Shown here: in pieces, positions 35,607-44,749 of the stretch
How the letters are laid out: each line of letters starts with the position of its first letter
Position numbering within the stretch: position 1 is the first letter of the stretch
Assembly: GCA_965243135.1 (NCBI GenBank)
Contig: OZ251539.1
Location: 1,216,001-1,280,000, forward strand
Direction of reading: 5' to 3'
Length of the DNA: 64,000 bases
DNA from: Alphaproteobacteria bacterium
GTDB taxonomy: Bacteria; Pseudomonadota; Alphaproteobacteria; MPNO01; UBA830
Made by a program: the position numbers and the translations under genes
Notes under the pieces: model-generated
The model's database searches: none
What the model saw: the letters and a program-made list of their open reading frames with translations, nothing else
Told to the model about the DNA's origin: nothing

Positions 35607-36502
35607 ATGTGCACTATGTGCCGTTTTCGAGCATGGCGCCGCCGGAGATCGACAATCTGGTGGCCGCGGGACGCTGCATCGACGCGGATCCCGCGGCGTT
35701 GTCGAGCGTTCGCGTGATGGGGCCGTGCATCGCCATGGGCGCCGCCGCGTCGCACGCTCTCGATCTCGCCGGAAACGGCAGCGTTCATCAGATCGACATT
35801 GCGGCGTTGCAGCGGCGGATCGGGGACAACCTTGAACGAGCGGACCGCCTGGACGAGCGGTCGGAGGCCGTCGGAGAGTGGAATTGAGACTCCGGCGTTC
35901 GGACGCCGCAACCGCCGCCGCGAGAGCCGGCGCAGACGCGCCGCGGCCGCCCGCTCCTTTCGCTGCGCCGGGCGGCGGGTTCGGCTCTCGAGCGTATCGC
36001 TCGCGGGCGCAAGGCGAAATCCCGCGCCTTCGCGCTCGCCCCGAAGCGGGGCGTTCGTTCATCGGCGCGGAGACGCCGCAGGCGGCTCCGCCCGGCTGCG
36101 ACTCCTTGCCTCCGAGGCGCGGGCCCGGTCACGCAGCCGACGGGCCTTTCTTTCCGAAAGGCGCCGGCTTTCGGCGCAACCTCGAAGCGGGGAAACGTCA
36201 GCCGGTTGCGGCCGCCGTTTTCACGGAGTCGCTTCGAGCGGCGCGAATCAGCCGTTCCACGCGGGCCGGGCCGTGACGGCGGGATTGTCCGCGAGACCGC
36301 GGTCGCCGGGTTCGGGCCCGCCCGCCAGGACGAGCAAGGCGAAGGCGATCGCGAGCAGCGCCAACGCGCCCTTCAGGCGGCGAATTTGGTTGGGCGTCTT
36401 TTCCATGCTTCCCAGATGGGAAGCGAAAAGCGGTTTCGCAAGTGGGGGCGCTGCGAAGCGCGTGTTGCGGCCGGGCCGCCGTTGTGGCACCTTACCGCCG
36501 CA

Positions 36503-37525
36503 ATGCAGTTCGATGCGGATATCGTCAAGGAGAAGGCGAAGGCTCTCGGCGCCGATCTGGTCGGCATCGTCGACGCGGATACGCTGAACGCCTTTCCTCC
36601 GGACCCCAAGTGGCCGCAGACGCCGGAACGGATTTCTCCGTTCGTCAAGAGCGTCGTGGTGATCGCCAAGCGGATACCGGTGGGCGCCTTCCGGGCGAAG
36701 TCCAACATACCGGTTCAGTACATGGACATGCTCGTCCTGCGGGCTATGGACAGGGTCGCCTACCGCTTGTCGGAATGGATGGAGGACTGCGGATACCCTT
36801 CATTCGTGACCGCCGCGCAGGAGACCGACTGGTCCTACAAGAAGGCGAGCTACGGGCGACTCAGCACGCGGCATCTCGGGATCGAGGCGGGGCTCGGGAC
36901 GTTCGGGCTCGAAGTCAACATACTCACGCCCGAGTTCGGGCCGCGCATCTATCTCACGGGCATACTGACCGAAGCGAGCCTGGATCCCGACCGGCGGATC
37001 ACCGAACAGGTCTGCATAGGGGAATCCTGCAGCCGTTGCCTCTATTCCTGTCCGCCCGACGCCGTGCGTCACTTCGGCATCGACAAGCGCGCCTGCGCCA
37101 CCGAGGCGCAGGAGTTCGGTTTCTCGACCATTCTCAAGTTCTGGGCGCACTTCATTTCGCAGGACTCCGAAACGCGGCGGGAACTGCTGAAGGACCGGGA
37201 GATTTTCGGTTTCTGGCAGGGGCTTTTGCGGGTCGTCGGCTCGTTCGGCGACTGTCCGAGATGCCTCGCGGTCTGCCCCGTGGGCAACGACTATCACGCC
37301 TACCTCGCGGACATCCAGAAGAGGATTCCGGAGAAGACGGAGGAGAAGGCGGCGAAGGCCAAGGGCTTCAAGGAGGCCCGGAAGAACGGCGATCCGGTCG
37401 AAGGCCTGGACGACTGGAACGTGCGCTGGGTCGGACCCGAAGGATACAAGGGAATCGTCGCCCGCCAGCTCCAGGAATTCAAGAAGATCCAGAAGGAAAA
37501 GGCCGCCGCGGGCGGCGCGGAATAA
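36503..37525 (+). CDS. QueG/reductive-dehalogenase-like 2x[4Fe-4S] protein, paralog 1
   Basis: AKALGADLVGI, RHLGIEAGLGTFG..ILTPEFGPRIYLTGILT, CIGESCSRCLYSCP, CPRCLAVCP; no Tat signal seen. Confidence 0.82.
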   Translation: MQFDADIVKEKAKALGADLVGIVDADTLNAFPPDPKWPQTPERISPFVKSVVVIAKRIPVGAFRAKSNIPVQYMDMLVLRAMDRVAYRLSEWMEDCGYPSFVTAAQETDWSYKKASYGRLSTRHLGIEAGLGTFGLEVNILTPEFGPRIYLTGILTEASLDPDRRITEQVCIGESCSRCLYSCPPDAVRHFGIDKRACATEAQEFGFSTILKFWAHFISQDSETRRELLKDREIFGFWQGLLRVVGSFGDCPRCLAVCPVGNDYHAYLADIQKRIPEKTEEKAAKAKGFKEARKNGDPVEGLDDWNVRWVGPEGYKGIVARQLQEFKKIQKEKAAAGGAE

Positions 37526-37527
37526 CG

Positions 37528-38520
37528 GTGGTTTCGGCATTTCAGACGCCGTTGTCGGCCGGCGACATCAAGCGGAAGGCGAAGGAGTTCGGCAGCGATC
37601 TCGTGGGGATCGCCGACGGCGAGACGCTGGAGCGGCATCGGCCGCCCGGTTTCCCGACCGGCCCGTCGGACGTCACGGAGCACGATTGCGGGAGGATAAT
37701 CGTGCTGGCCAAGCGCTACGGCAGCGGGACGACGCGCATTGCGCGCTGGGACGAACGTCACAAGTACTACAACGACGAACTCACGCTCACGATGCTCGAG
37801 GAGACGTCGCTGCAACTGGTCTACTGGCTGGAGGACAACGGATATCCGGCCATAATCGTTCCGCCTACGCACGTCGATCCGTGGGCTTACAGAAACGATC
37901 CCGGCGAACACCTGACGACGCTGCTCTCGCTCAACCACGCGGCCGTCGAGGCGGGCCTGGGGACGCTCGGCCTGAACCTGCAGTTGCTGACCAGCGAGTA
38001 CGGGCCGCGAGTCATGCTTTCGGCGGTCATGTGCAGCGTCGACTGCGAAACCGACCGACCGGCGGCCGGGGCGTTGTGCCGCGGGCCCGAATGCGGCCGT
38101 TGCCTCAGCGCATGTCCGGGAGACGTGGTCGGCCACTGGAATCGCGACTGGCCGGCTTGCGATCGCTACCGTTCGCCTCACGGTTTCGCGCAGCTGGCCG
38201 ACCATCTCCGCAACATTTTCGACGAACAGGATTCCGCGAGGAAACTCGAACTTCTGCGGTCGGAGGATTCTTTCAATCTCTGGCAGAGCATCCTGCGCGG
38301 CGCGGGCGTCGTCACCGGCTGCAGGCGTTGCCAGGACGTGTGTCCGGTCGGCGAAGACTACGCGCGCCTGCTGGAAGACGCCCTCGAAGCGATACCGGAA
38401 GACACGCCCGCCAAGGCGGCGCGGCTCGACGCGTTCCGGACGAGCGAAAAAGCCGGTTCGATGCCGGCGGCGTTCGAGGCGCAGCGCCGCTGGATCGGCG
38501 ACTACGCGCCCGACGAATGA
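37528..38520 (+). CDS. QueG/reductive-dehalogenase-like 2x[4Fe-4S] protein, paralog 2
   Basis: AKEFGSDLVGIA, HAAVEAGLGTLG..LLTSEYGPRVML, CRGPECGRCLSACP, CRRCQDVCP. Confidence 0.82.
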   Translation: MVSAFQTPLSAGDIKRKAKEFGSDLVGIADGETLERHRPPGFPTGPSDVTEHDCGRIIVLAKRYGSGTTRIARWDERHKYYNDELTLTMLEETSLQLVYWLEDNGYPAIIVPPTHVDPWAYRNDPGEHLTTLLSLNHAAVEAGLGTLGLNLQLLTSEYGPRVMLSAVMCSVDCETDRPAAGALCRGPECGRCLSACPGDVVGHWNRDWPACDRYRSPHGFAQLADHLRNIFDEQDSARKLELLRSEDSFNLWQSILRGAGVVTGCRRCQDVCPVGEDYARLLEDALEAIPEDTPAKAARLDAFRTSEKAGSMPAAFEAQRRWIGDYAPDE

Positions 38521-39824
38521 CGCGCGAGCATCTGCCGTTGGGGCTGCCCGGCTCCCGCGAGGAGATCGAGCGGATCCAGCGCGTTCGCAAGGCGGCCGCT
38601 TTCGAGAATGCGAAGCGCGCGAAGTTCTGGAAGGGCAAGCTGGACGGCATCGATCCCCGCAAGCTCGACGATCCGGAGACGTGGAGGAAGATTCCGATCC
38701 TCGACAAGGAACAACTCCGCCAACTGACGACGCAGGCGTTCTACGAGGATTTCTGCATCGCCCGGCGCGAGGACATTTGCGAGTACTGGCGGTCGGGAGG
38801 AAGCACGGGGAAACCGCTCTTCTATCCCAAGACCTACGACGACATCCGGTACAACATGGTGGGCTTCACGCGGACCTTCGAATGCTCCGGGACGCTGCCG
38901 GGAAATCTCGCCCACGTATCGTTTCCGCTCGGAATTCATCCCGCCGGCCACATGTGGGCGCGCGCCGCGCGCATCATGGGCATCGGGACGGTCTGGAGCG
39001 GGGCCGGCGTTTCGCTGCCGTCCGCCGTTCAACTGGAATTGATCCGGAGCATGCGGCCGACCGTCTGGATGGGCATGTCCAGCTACGGGCTCCATCTCGC
39101 CAATCTCGCAGCCGCCGAAGGCGCCGGGCTTTCGGGCGGTTCGGTCGATCGCATTCTCTGCACCGCCGAACCCGTTTCGGCGGCCAAGCGCGCAAAACTC
39201 GAAAGGGACTGGGGCGCCCGCGTGTACGACAACTTCGGCCTGACCGAGTGCAGCATGATAGGGGCGGAGAGCGAGGCGCGAGACGGTTTCCACGTCTGGA
39301 CGGATCTCGCCTACATCGAGGTGCTGGACGAGGAGACCCTGAAGCCGGCGGAGGAGGGCGAACCCGGCCTATTGGTCGTGACGCCGCTCTTCAGCAACAA
39401 CGGCGCCGCGTTTCTGCGCTGGAACTCGGGCGACATCGTGACCTGGAAACGGGAAGGGGCGACCGGTTCGGACTTCGCGGTATTTCCCGTGATACGGCAT
39501 GCGCACAGGACGGCGGGCTTCTTCAAGATTCGCGGCGTGAACATAAACCATCAGGAGTTCGAGGACTTCATGTTCGGGATCTCGGAGGTCAACGACTTCA
39601 AGGCGGAACTCGTCACCGCGCCGGACGGAACCGACCGGTTCGCCCTGTCTCTCGAGGTTCGACCGGACGCGGGGGTCCAAGCCGCCGTCGCCGACCGGGT
39701 GACGCGGCGGATCAGGGAAACGTTCGAGGTGAGGCCCGACGTGGCCTTGCTCGAAGCGGGCGCGCTCGCGAGGGAATTCGAAGGCAGCATAAAGGCGCTG
39801 CGGTTTTCCGACAGGCGCGAGTGA
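38517..39824 (+). CDS. Phenylacetate-CoA ligase (PaaK) family AMP-forming ligase
   Basis: SGGSTGKP, YDNFGLTE, LRWNSGD, FKIRGVNI; ATGA overlap with upstream gene. Confidence 0.85.
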   Translation: MTREHLPLGLPGSREEIERIQRVRKAAAFENAKRAKFWKGKLDGIDPRKLDDPETWRKIPILDKEQLRQLTTQAFYEDFCIARREDICEYWRSGGSTGKPLFYPKTYDDIRYNMVGFTRTFECSGTLPGNLAHVSFPLGIHPAGHMWARAARIMGIGTVWSGAGVSLPSAVQLELIRSMRPTVWMGMSSYGLHLANLAAAEGAGLSGGSVDRILCTAEPVSAAKRAKLERDWGARVYDNFGLTECSMIGAESEARDGFHVWTDLAYIEVLDEETLKPAEEGEPGLLVVTPLFSNNGAAFLRWNSGDIVTWKREGATGSDFAVFPVIRHAHRTAGFFKIRGVNINHQEFEDFMFGISEVNDFKAELVTAPDGTDRFALSLEVRPDAGVQAAVADRVTRRIRETFEVRPDVALLEAGALAREFEGSIKALRFSDRRE

Positions 39825-40007
39825 GGCGACGGGCGTGGCCTTCGAGCCGGAAGCCCGGCCTTCCATGGAAGGAACGGCCGCCCGGCGGCGACGCGGCCGG
39901 GAGGGGCTCCCGACGGGCGAGCGGCGCAACGCCGCCCGTCGGCATTCCGAATCGTTCACGGGAGCGAATCGATTCGGAAATTTGCGCGTCGCTCGGCCGT
40001 TATCCTG

Positions 40008-40117
40008 TAACCACTTGATACGGCACGCTTAATCTCCCCGAAAGCGATTCGGCGATTCTGTCCGCAATCGTAAAAAATGTTATATTCTCCTTGTAGGGCA
40101 CTACATGTGGTGTCCTA
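40008..40117. promoter_or_regulatory. AT-rich element with IHF-consensus site and NrdR-box-like palindrome
   Basis: TAACCACTTGATA (rc TATCAAGTGGTTA) at 40008-40020; TAGGGCACTACATGTGGTGTCCTA at 40094-40117. Confidence 0.45.
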
Positions 40118-40338
40118 TGCCGCTTTGCGGTTTTCTCCCTTGCCGCGAAGCAGGTTGCGCCGCAAAGGAAATTTTTTGGTTGTCCCATAAAGCCTCCTTG
40201 GTATTCCTTTGCGCTTGGCGGAGCCGTTAAAGTCGGCGCAGGCGTTGGCTCCGCCCTTTTCTTGCAGTCCGCGGACGATGGCGCCCCTCGCGGCGAACGA
40301 CCGCGATTTTCGGTTCGGGCGACAGCGTTGCGCCGCGA

Positions 40339-40767
40339 TCATGCGCCGAAATTCAGACCCGCCGCTTCGATGCCCGCCATGGCGGCCGCCTCGTCGTTGT
40401 CCGAGGTATCGCCGCTGATTCCGACGGCGCCGACGATTTCGTCGCCGTCCTTGATCAGCACGCCGCCGGGAACCGGCACCAACCGCCCGCCGGAAGCGCC
40501 GACAAGCGCCACGCCGAAGTGCGGCCTTTCGAGGACCCTTTCGTTGAGCGCCCTCGAAGAGAGTCCCATGCCGACCGCGCCGAACGCCTTGCCGATCGCG
40601 ATCTGGGGCCTGAGCGCGGCGCCCGGCCCGTCTTCCCGAGCGAAGGACTTCAGGTTGCCGCCATCGTCGAGAACGGCGACGGTCAACGGTTTGAGGTTCA
40701 TTTCGCGTCCCTTTTCGAGCGCTTTCGCGACTACGACATTGGCTTGTTCGAGCGTGAGCCTCGACAT
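40339..40767 (-). CDS. GlcG/HbpS-family heme-binding protein
   Basis: LTLEQAN..., VAVLDDGGNL, PVPGGVLI..IVGAVGISGDTSDNDE; GAGAGG RBS. Confidence 0.9.
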   Translation of the reverse strand: MSRLTLEQANVVVAKALEKGREMNLKPLTVAVLDDGGNLKSFAREDGPGAALRPQIAIGKAFGAVGMGLSSRALNERVLERPHFGVALVGASGGRLVPVPGGVLIKDGDEIVGAVGISGDTSDNDEAAAMAGIEAAGLNFGA

Positions 40768-41019
40768 TCCTCTCTCCCCGGTTTGCGTTCGACAAGCTTA
40801 CGCGATTATCCGAACCGACGAAACCAGCGAAGCCTTCGGACGCCGAGCGCGGCGAAGCGGTTCTCCGCAGGCGCGGAAGGAGTTTCGACGCTACAGGAAA
40901 CGCGCAGATTCCTCGCCGCGCGCAAGGCGGCGCACCGGCGGCGGCCCTCGACGAGGCGCTTGCCGTCCCGAACCTGCGACGGCCTTTCGCGAAGACAGCT
41001 GCCCAAACGCCGTTCGGCT

Positions 41020-42509
41020 TCAGGCGGTCTCGAACCCGACGACGTTGCGCTCCTCGCGGCTGAACTCCACCAGGTGGACCGAACGTCCGAGGCGGCGGTA
41101 CTTGTCCGCATATCCCTTCTCCCGCAGCTGCGCGAGCGCGGTCCCCTCCCGTCCGCGCTCCACCACCTTGAACTCGAACAGGTAGACGCGCCCGCCGGCG
41201 CGGATCGCCATGTCGGCGCGCCCCCGGCTGCCGCTTCCTCGGCGACCGGCTCGAGGCCCTCCATCAGGAAGCAGCTGGACGCTCGCGTAGTGGGCCTCGT
41301 ACACCGGGCTGCTCGCGTACCACTGGTGCGGGATGGCGGCGAAGACGCCGCGGAACAGGGTTTCGAGACGCTCGAAGTCGTTCGCCTCCAGCAGTTCGCC
41401 CAGCCGCAGGTTCTCCGTCTCCTCGCGAGCCTCGTCCGGGAGCAGTTCTTCCAGCAGGGCCTCGCCCAGGCTCTGGCGCACCTCGAGGTTCGGGTAGCCC
41501 AGCCGGTAGCGCCCGTCCTCCTCGCCGACGATGGTGAGGTAGCCGGTCTGGAACAGAAGCGCCTCGACCGACATCCTGTCCACGTCGAAGGTCGAGAGCA
41601 GGCTCTCGCTGCCGATCATGCCGTCCAGGCGGGGAGTGGGCAGGTTGCGGCGCGCCAGCGTCTCGACCAGGAAGGTCGGCGTGCCGCTCTGGAACCAGTA
41701 GTTGCCGAACTTCCGTTTGTCGAACAGCAGCAGGAGGCCGAACGGGTTGTAGACCTTGTCCGCGCCGAGCCAGTTGTAGCCGTTGTACCAGCGGCGGATT
41801 TCGTCCCGGTCCAGGCCCTCGATCTCCGGGGCGAAGACCGCGTCCAGCTCCGCTTCGGTGTAACCGCAGATATCGCCGTAGCGTTCGTCCAGCGTGATGT
41901 CGTTCAGGTTGTTCAGGCCCGAGAACAGGCCCGATAACTTGCTCACCCCCGTCAGGAAAACGAAACGGAGCTGCTCGTCGCAGTCCTTGATCATCGCGTA
42001 GAAGCCGCGCAGGAAGTCGCGGTTGGCCAGCGCCAGTTCCCGATCGCCGAGCGCGTCCAGGATCGGCTTGTCGTATTCGTCCACCAGCACGACCGCCCGC
42101 TGCCCGGTGCGCTCGTGCAGCGTCAGGCGCCGGAAACGGACCGCCGCCCCGGCGGGGCCCGGTTCGAGGCCGGCCAGCCGCTCCGTCTCCTCCAACTGGT
42201 CTTCCACGTTTCCCCGAACGAGGTCCGGGGAGTCGAAATTGCCCCCGCCGAAGCTGATCCGCACGACGGCGCGTCGACCAGTCCCACTTGCCGTGCACGG
42301 CGAGGCCCTGGAACAACTCCTCGCTTCCCTCGAACAGCTTCTGCAGCGTGTCCACCAGCAGGGTCTTGCCGAACCGGCGCGGACGCGACAGGAAATAGTA
42401 CTTGCCCCTCTCGACGAAGGCGGCGCACATGGTCCGTCTTGTCGACGTAGTAGCAGTCCATCCCCCGGATCTCCCGGAGGGAGGAAAAGCCGAGCATGCG
42501 CTTCGTCAT
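41020..42509 (-). pseudogene. AAA-ATPase-like + PD-(D/E)XK nuclease, copy 2 (multiple frameshifts)
   Basis: MTKRML.., [26 protein letters not shown] split across frames. Confidence 0.88.
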
Positions 42510-42515
42510 TCCAAG

Positions 42516-42544
42516 AGAGTAGGCCGCCGCACCGGAGCCGTCAA
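42516..42544 (-). promoter_or_regulatory. Sigma70-type promoter of copy 2
   Basis: TTGACG-N17-TACTCT-N6-ATG. Confidence 0.75.
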
Positions 42545-43076
42545 GGATGAGGCGGGTTGCGAAGCGAAGCGCCACGGCGATTCCCGCCAGGGCGGCGGAC
42601 CTTCGCGGGAGGCCTGGCGCGCAGTCGGCGGCGGACAGGGCGTCACGGCGCATCTCCCGCGTCGAGGCCGGCCCGTGGCGCGTTCCTTTCGCCGCAGGGG
42701 CGGCGTCCGGGCACGGCCAAAGGCGGCGTCCGCGAAAACGGCGGTTCCGAAAGTTCGTAGTTCGCCGCGCCCGGGGCAATGGCTCGCGTTGCGCGAGCGC
42801 TGCCGACGGGCGAGAGGCCGTCGTTCCGCAGGAATCTTCCCCGCCGAAACGAATTTTCTCGTCCTCTCGAGCCTTACCTCTCGGGGCCGGCTTCGGCATC
42901 GTCGAACGGTCGCCAGCCCGCGAAGCCTGCCGGGAACGGCGCGCGAGCGCCTGCAGGGAGACGCCGCCGGCCCCGAGTTCCCGGCGGCCTCCGGGGCGTC
43001 CCGTCAAGCCGCAGGCGCGCGAGGCGACGAACCGGCTGCCGAAATGTCCGAACAGGACCTCGTCCGGCTTCAGGTT

Positions 43077-44612
43077 TCAGGCGGTCTCGAAATCGAACCC
43101 GACGACGTTGCGCTCCTCGCGGCTGAACTCCACCCCGATCAGGTGGACCGAACGCCCGAGGTGGCGGTATTTGTCCGCGTAACCCTTCTCCCGCAGCTGC
43201 GCGAGCGCGGTCCCCTCTCGCCCGCGCTCCACCACCTTGAACTCGAACAGGTAGACGCGCCCGCCCGCGCGGATCGCCATGTCGGCGCGCCCCCGGCTGC
43301 CGCTGTCCTCGGCCACCGGCTCGAAGCCCTCCATCAGGAAGCAGCTGTGGATGACGCTCGCGTAGTGGGCCTCGTACTTCGCGACGGGGCTGGTCGCGTA
43401 CCACTGGTGCGGGATGGCGGCGAAGACGCCGCGGAACAGGGTCCCGAGGCGCTCGAAGTCGTTCGCTTCCAGCAGTTCGCCCAGCCGCAGGCGCTGCGTC
43501 TTCTTGCGGGCCTCGACCGGGAGCAGTTCTCCCAGCAGGGCCTCGCCCAGGCTCCGGCGCACCTCGAGGTTCGGGTAGTCCAGCCGGTAGCGCCCGTCCT
43601 CCTCGCCAGCGATGGTCAGGTAGCCGGTCTGGAACAGAAGCGCCTCGACCGAGATATTGTCCACGTCGAAGGTCGAGAGCAGGCTCTCGCTGCCGATCAT
43701 GCCGTCCAGGTCGGGAGTGGGCAGGTCGCGGCGCGCCAGCGTCTCGACCAGGAAGGTCGGCGTGCCGCTATGGAACCAGTAGTTGCCGAACTTGCGTTTG
43801 TCGAACAGCAGCAGGAGGCCGAACGGGTTGTAGATCCTCTCCGGTCCGAGCCAGTTGTAGCCGTTGTACCAGCGGCGGACCTCGTCCCGGTCCAGGCCCT
43901 CGAGTTCCGGGGCGAAGACCGCATCCAGTTCGTCGTCCGTGTAACCGCAGATATCGCCGTAGCGCTCGTCCAGCGTGATGTCGTTCAGGTTGTTCAGGCC
44001 CGAGAACAGGCCTGCCTTCGAGAACTTGCTCACCCCCGTCAGGAAAACGAAACGGAGATGCTCGTCGCAGTCCTTGACCGCCCCGTACAGGCTGCGCAGG
44101 AAGTCGCGGTTGGCCCGCGCCAGTTCCCGGTCGCCGAGCGCGTCCAGGATCGGCTTGTCGTATTCGTCGACCAGCACGACCGCCCGCTGCCCGGTGCGCT
44201 CGTGCAGGGCTTCGATCAATTCCCCGAAACGGTTCGATGCCTCGACGGGATCCGGTTCGAGGCCGGCGCGCCTCTCCGCCGCCGCCAGCTGCCTTTCCAC
44301 GGTTATCCGAACCCCGTCCGGGACGACGAAATTGCCCCTGCCGAAGCTGAGCCGCACGACCGGATGGCGCGCCGACCAGTCCCACCTGCCGTGCACGGAG
44401 AGGCCCCGGAACAACTCTTCGCTTCCCTCGAACAGCTTCTGCAGCGTGTCCACCAGGAGGGTCTTGCCGAACCGGCGCGGACGCGACAGGAAGTAGTACT
44501 TGCCCCTCTCGACGAGGCGGCGCACATGGTCCGTCTTGTCGACGTAGTAGCAGTTCATCCCCCGGATCTCCCGGAGGGAGGAAAAGCCGATCGGAAGCAT
44601 GCGTTTCGTCAT
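43077..44612 (-). CDS. AAA-ATPase-like + PD-(D/E)XK nuclease, copy 3 (intact, 511 aa)
   Basis: Walker A RPRRFGKT, Walker B VLVDEYD, GRADM...YLFEFK, ALAQL. Confidence 0.92.
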   Translation of the reverse strand: MTKRMLPIGFSSLREIRGMNCYYVDKTDHVRRLVERGKYYFLSRPRRFGKTLLVDTLQKLFEGSEELFRGLSVHGRWDWSARHPVVRLSFGRGNFVVPDGVRITVERQLAAAERRAGLEPDPVEASNRFGELIEALHERTGQRAVVLVDEYDKPILDALGDRELARANRDFLRSLYGAVKDCDEHLRFVFLTGVSKFSKAGLFSGLNNLNDITLDERYGDICGYTDDELDAVFAPELEGLDRDEVRRWYNGYNWLGPERIYNPFGLLLLFDKRKFGNYWFHSGTPTFLVETLARRDLPTPDLDGMIGSESLLSTFDVDNISVEALLFQTGYLTIAGEEDGRYRLDYPNLEVRRSLGEALLGELLPVEARKKTQRLRLGELLEANDFERLGTLFRGVFAAIPHQWYATSPVAKYEAHYASVIHSCFLMEGFEPVAEDSGSRGRADMAIRAGGRVYLFEFKVVERGREGTALAQLREKGYADKYRHLGRSVHLIGVEFSREERNVVGFDFETA

Positions 44613-44618
44613 TCGAAA

Positions 44619-44647
44619 AGAGTAGGCCGCCGCGCCGGAACCGTCAA
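44619..44647 (-). promoter_or_regulatory. Sigma70-type promoter of copy 3
   Basis: TTGACG-N17-TACTCT-N6-ATG. Confidence 0.75.
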
Positions 44648-44749
44648 GAAGTCGGCGGCCGCGAGGCGCCGCGGCGATTCCCGCCAGGGCGGCGTTCTTT
44701 CCGAAGGCGGCTGTCGAAAGTCCGAACAGGACGTCGACGGCTCCCGGCT

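Larger units (their letters stand above)
32909..35887 (+). pseudogene. FAD-dependent oxidoreductase (FAD_oxidored-type) interrupted by IS
   Basis: CILGAGISG, YVDASGDA; removing the IS and one TSD copy restores DDDHVHYVPFSS...NLVAAGRCID...RVMGPCIAMG. Confidence 0.9.

Noticed and set aside
35890-36500. Cobalamin riboswitch or small membrane ORF (36248-36406) upstream of the QueG-like operon
   Set aside because: No B12-box motif recognised by eye, and the small ORF has no support beyond one hydrophobic stretch; an Rfam scan would settle the first point
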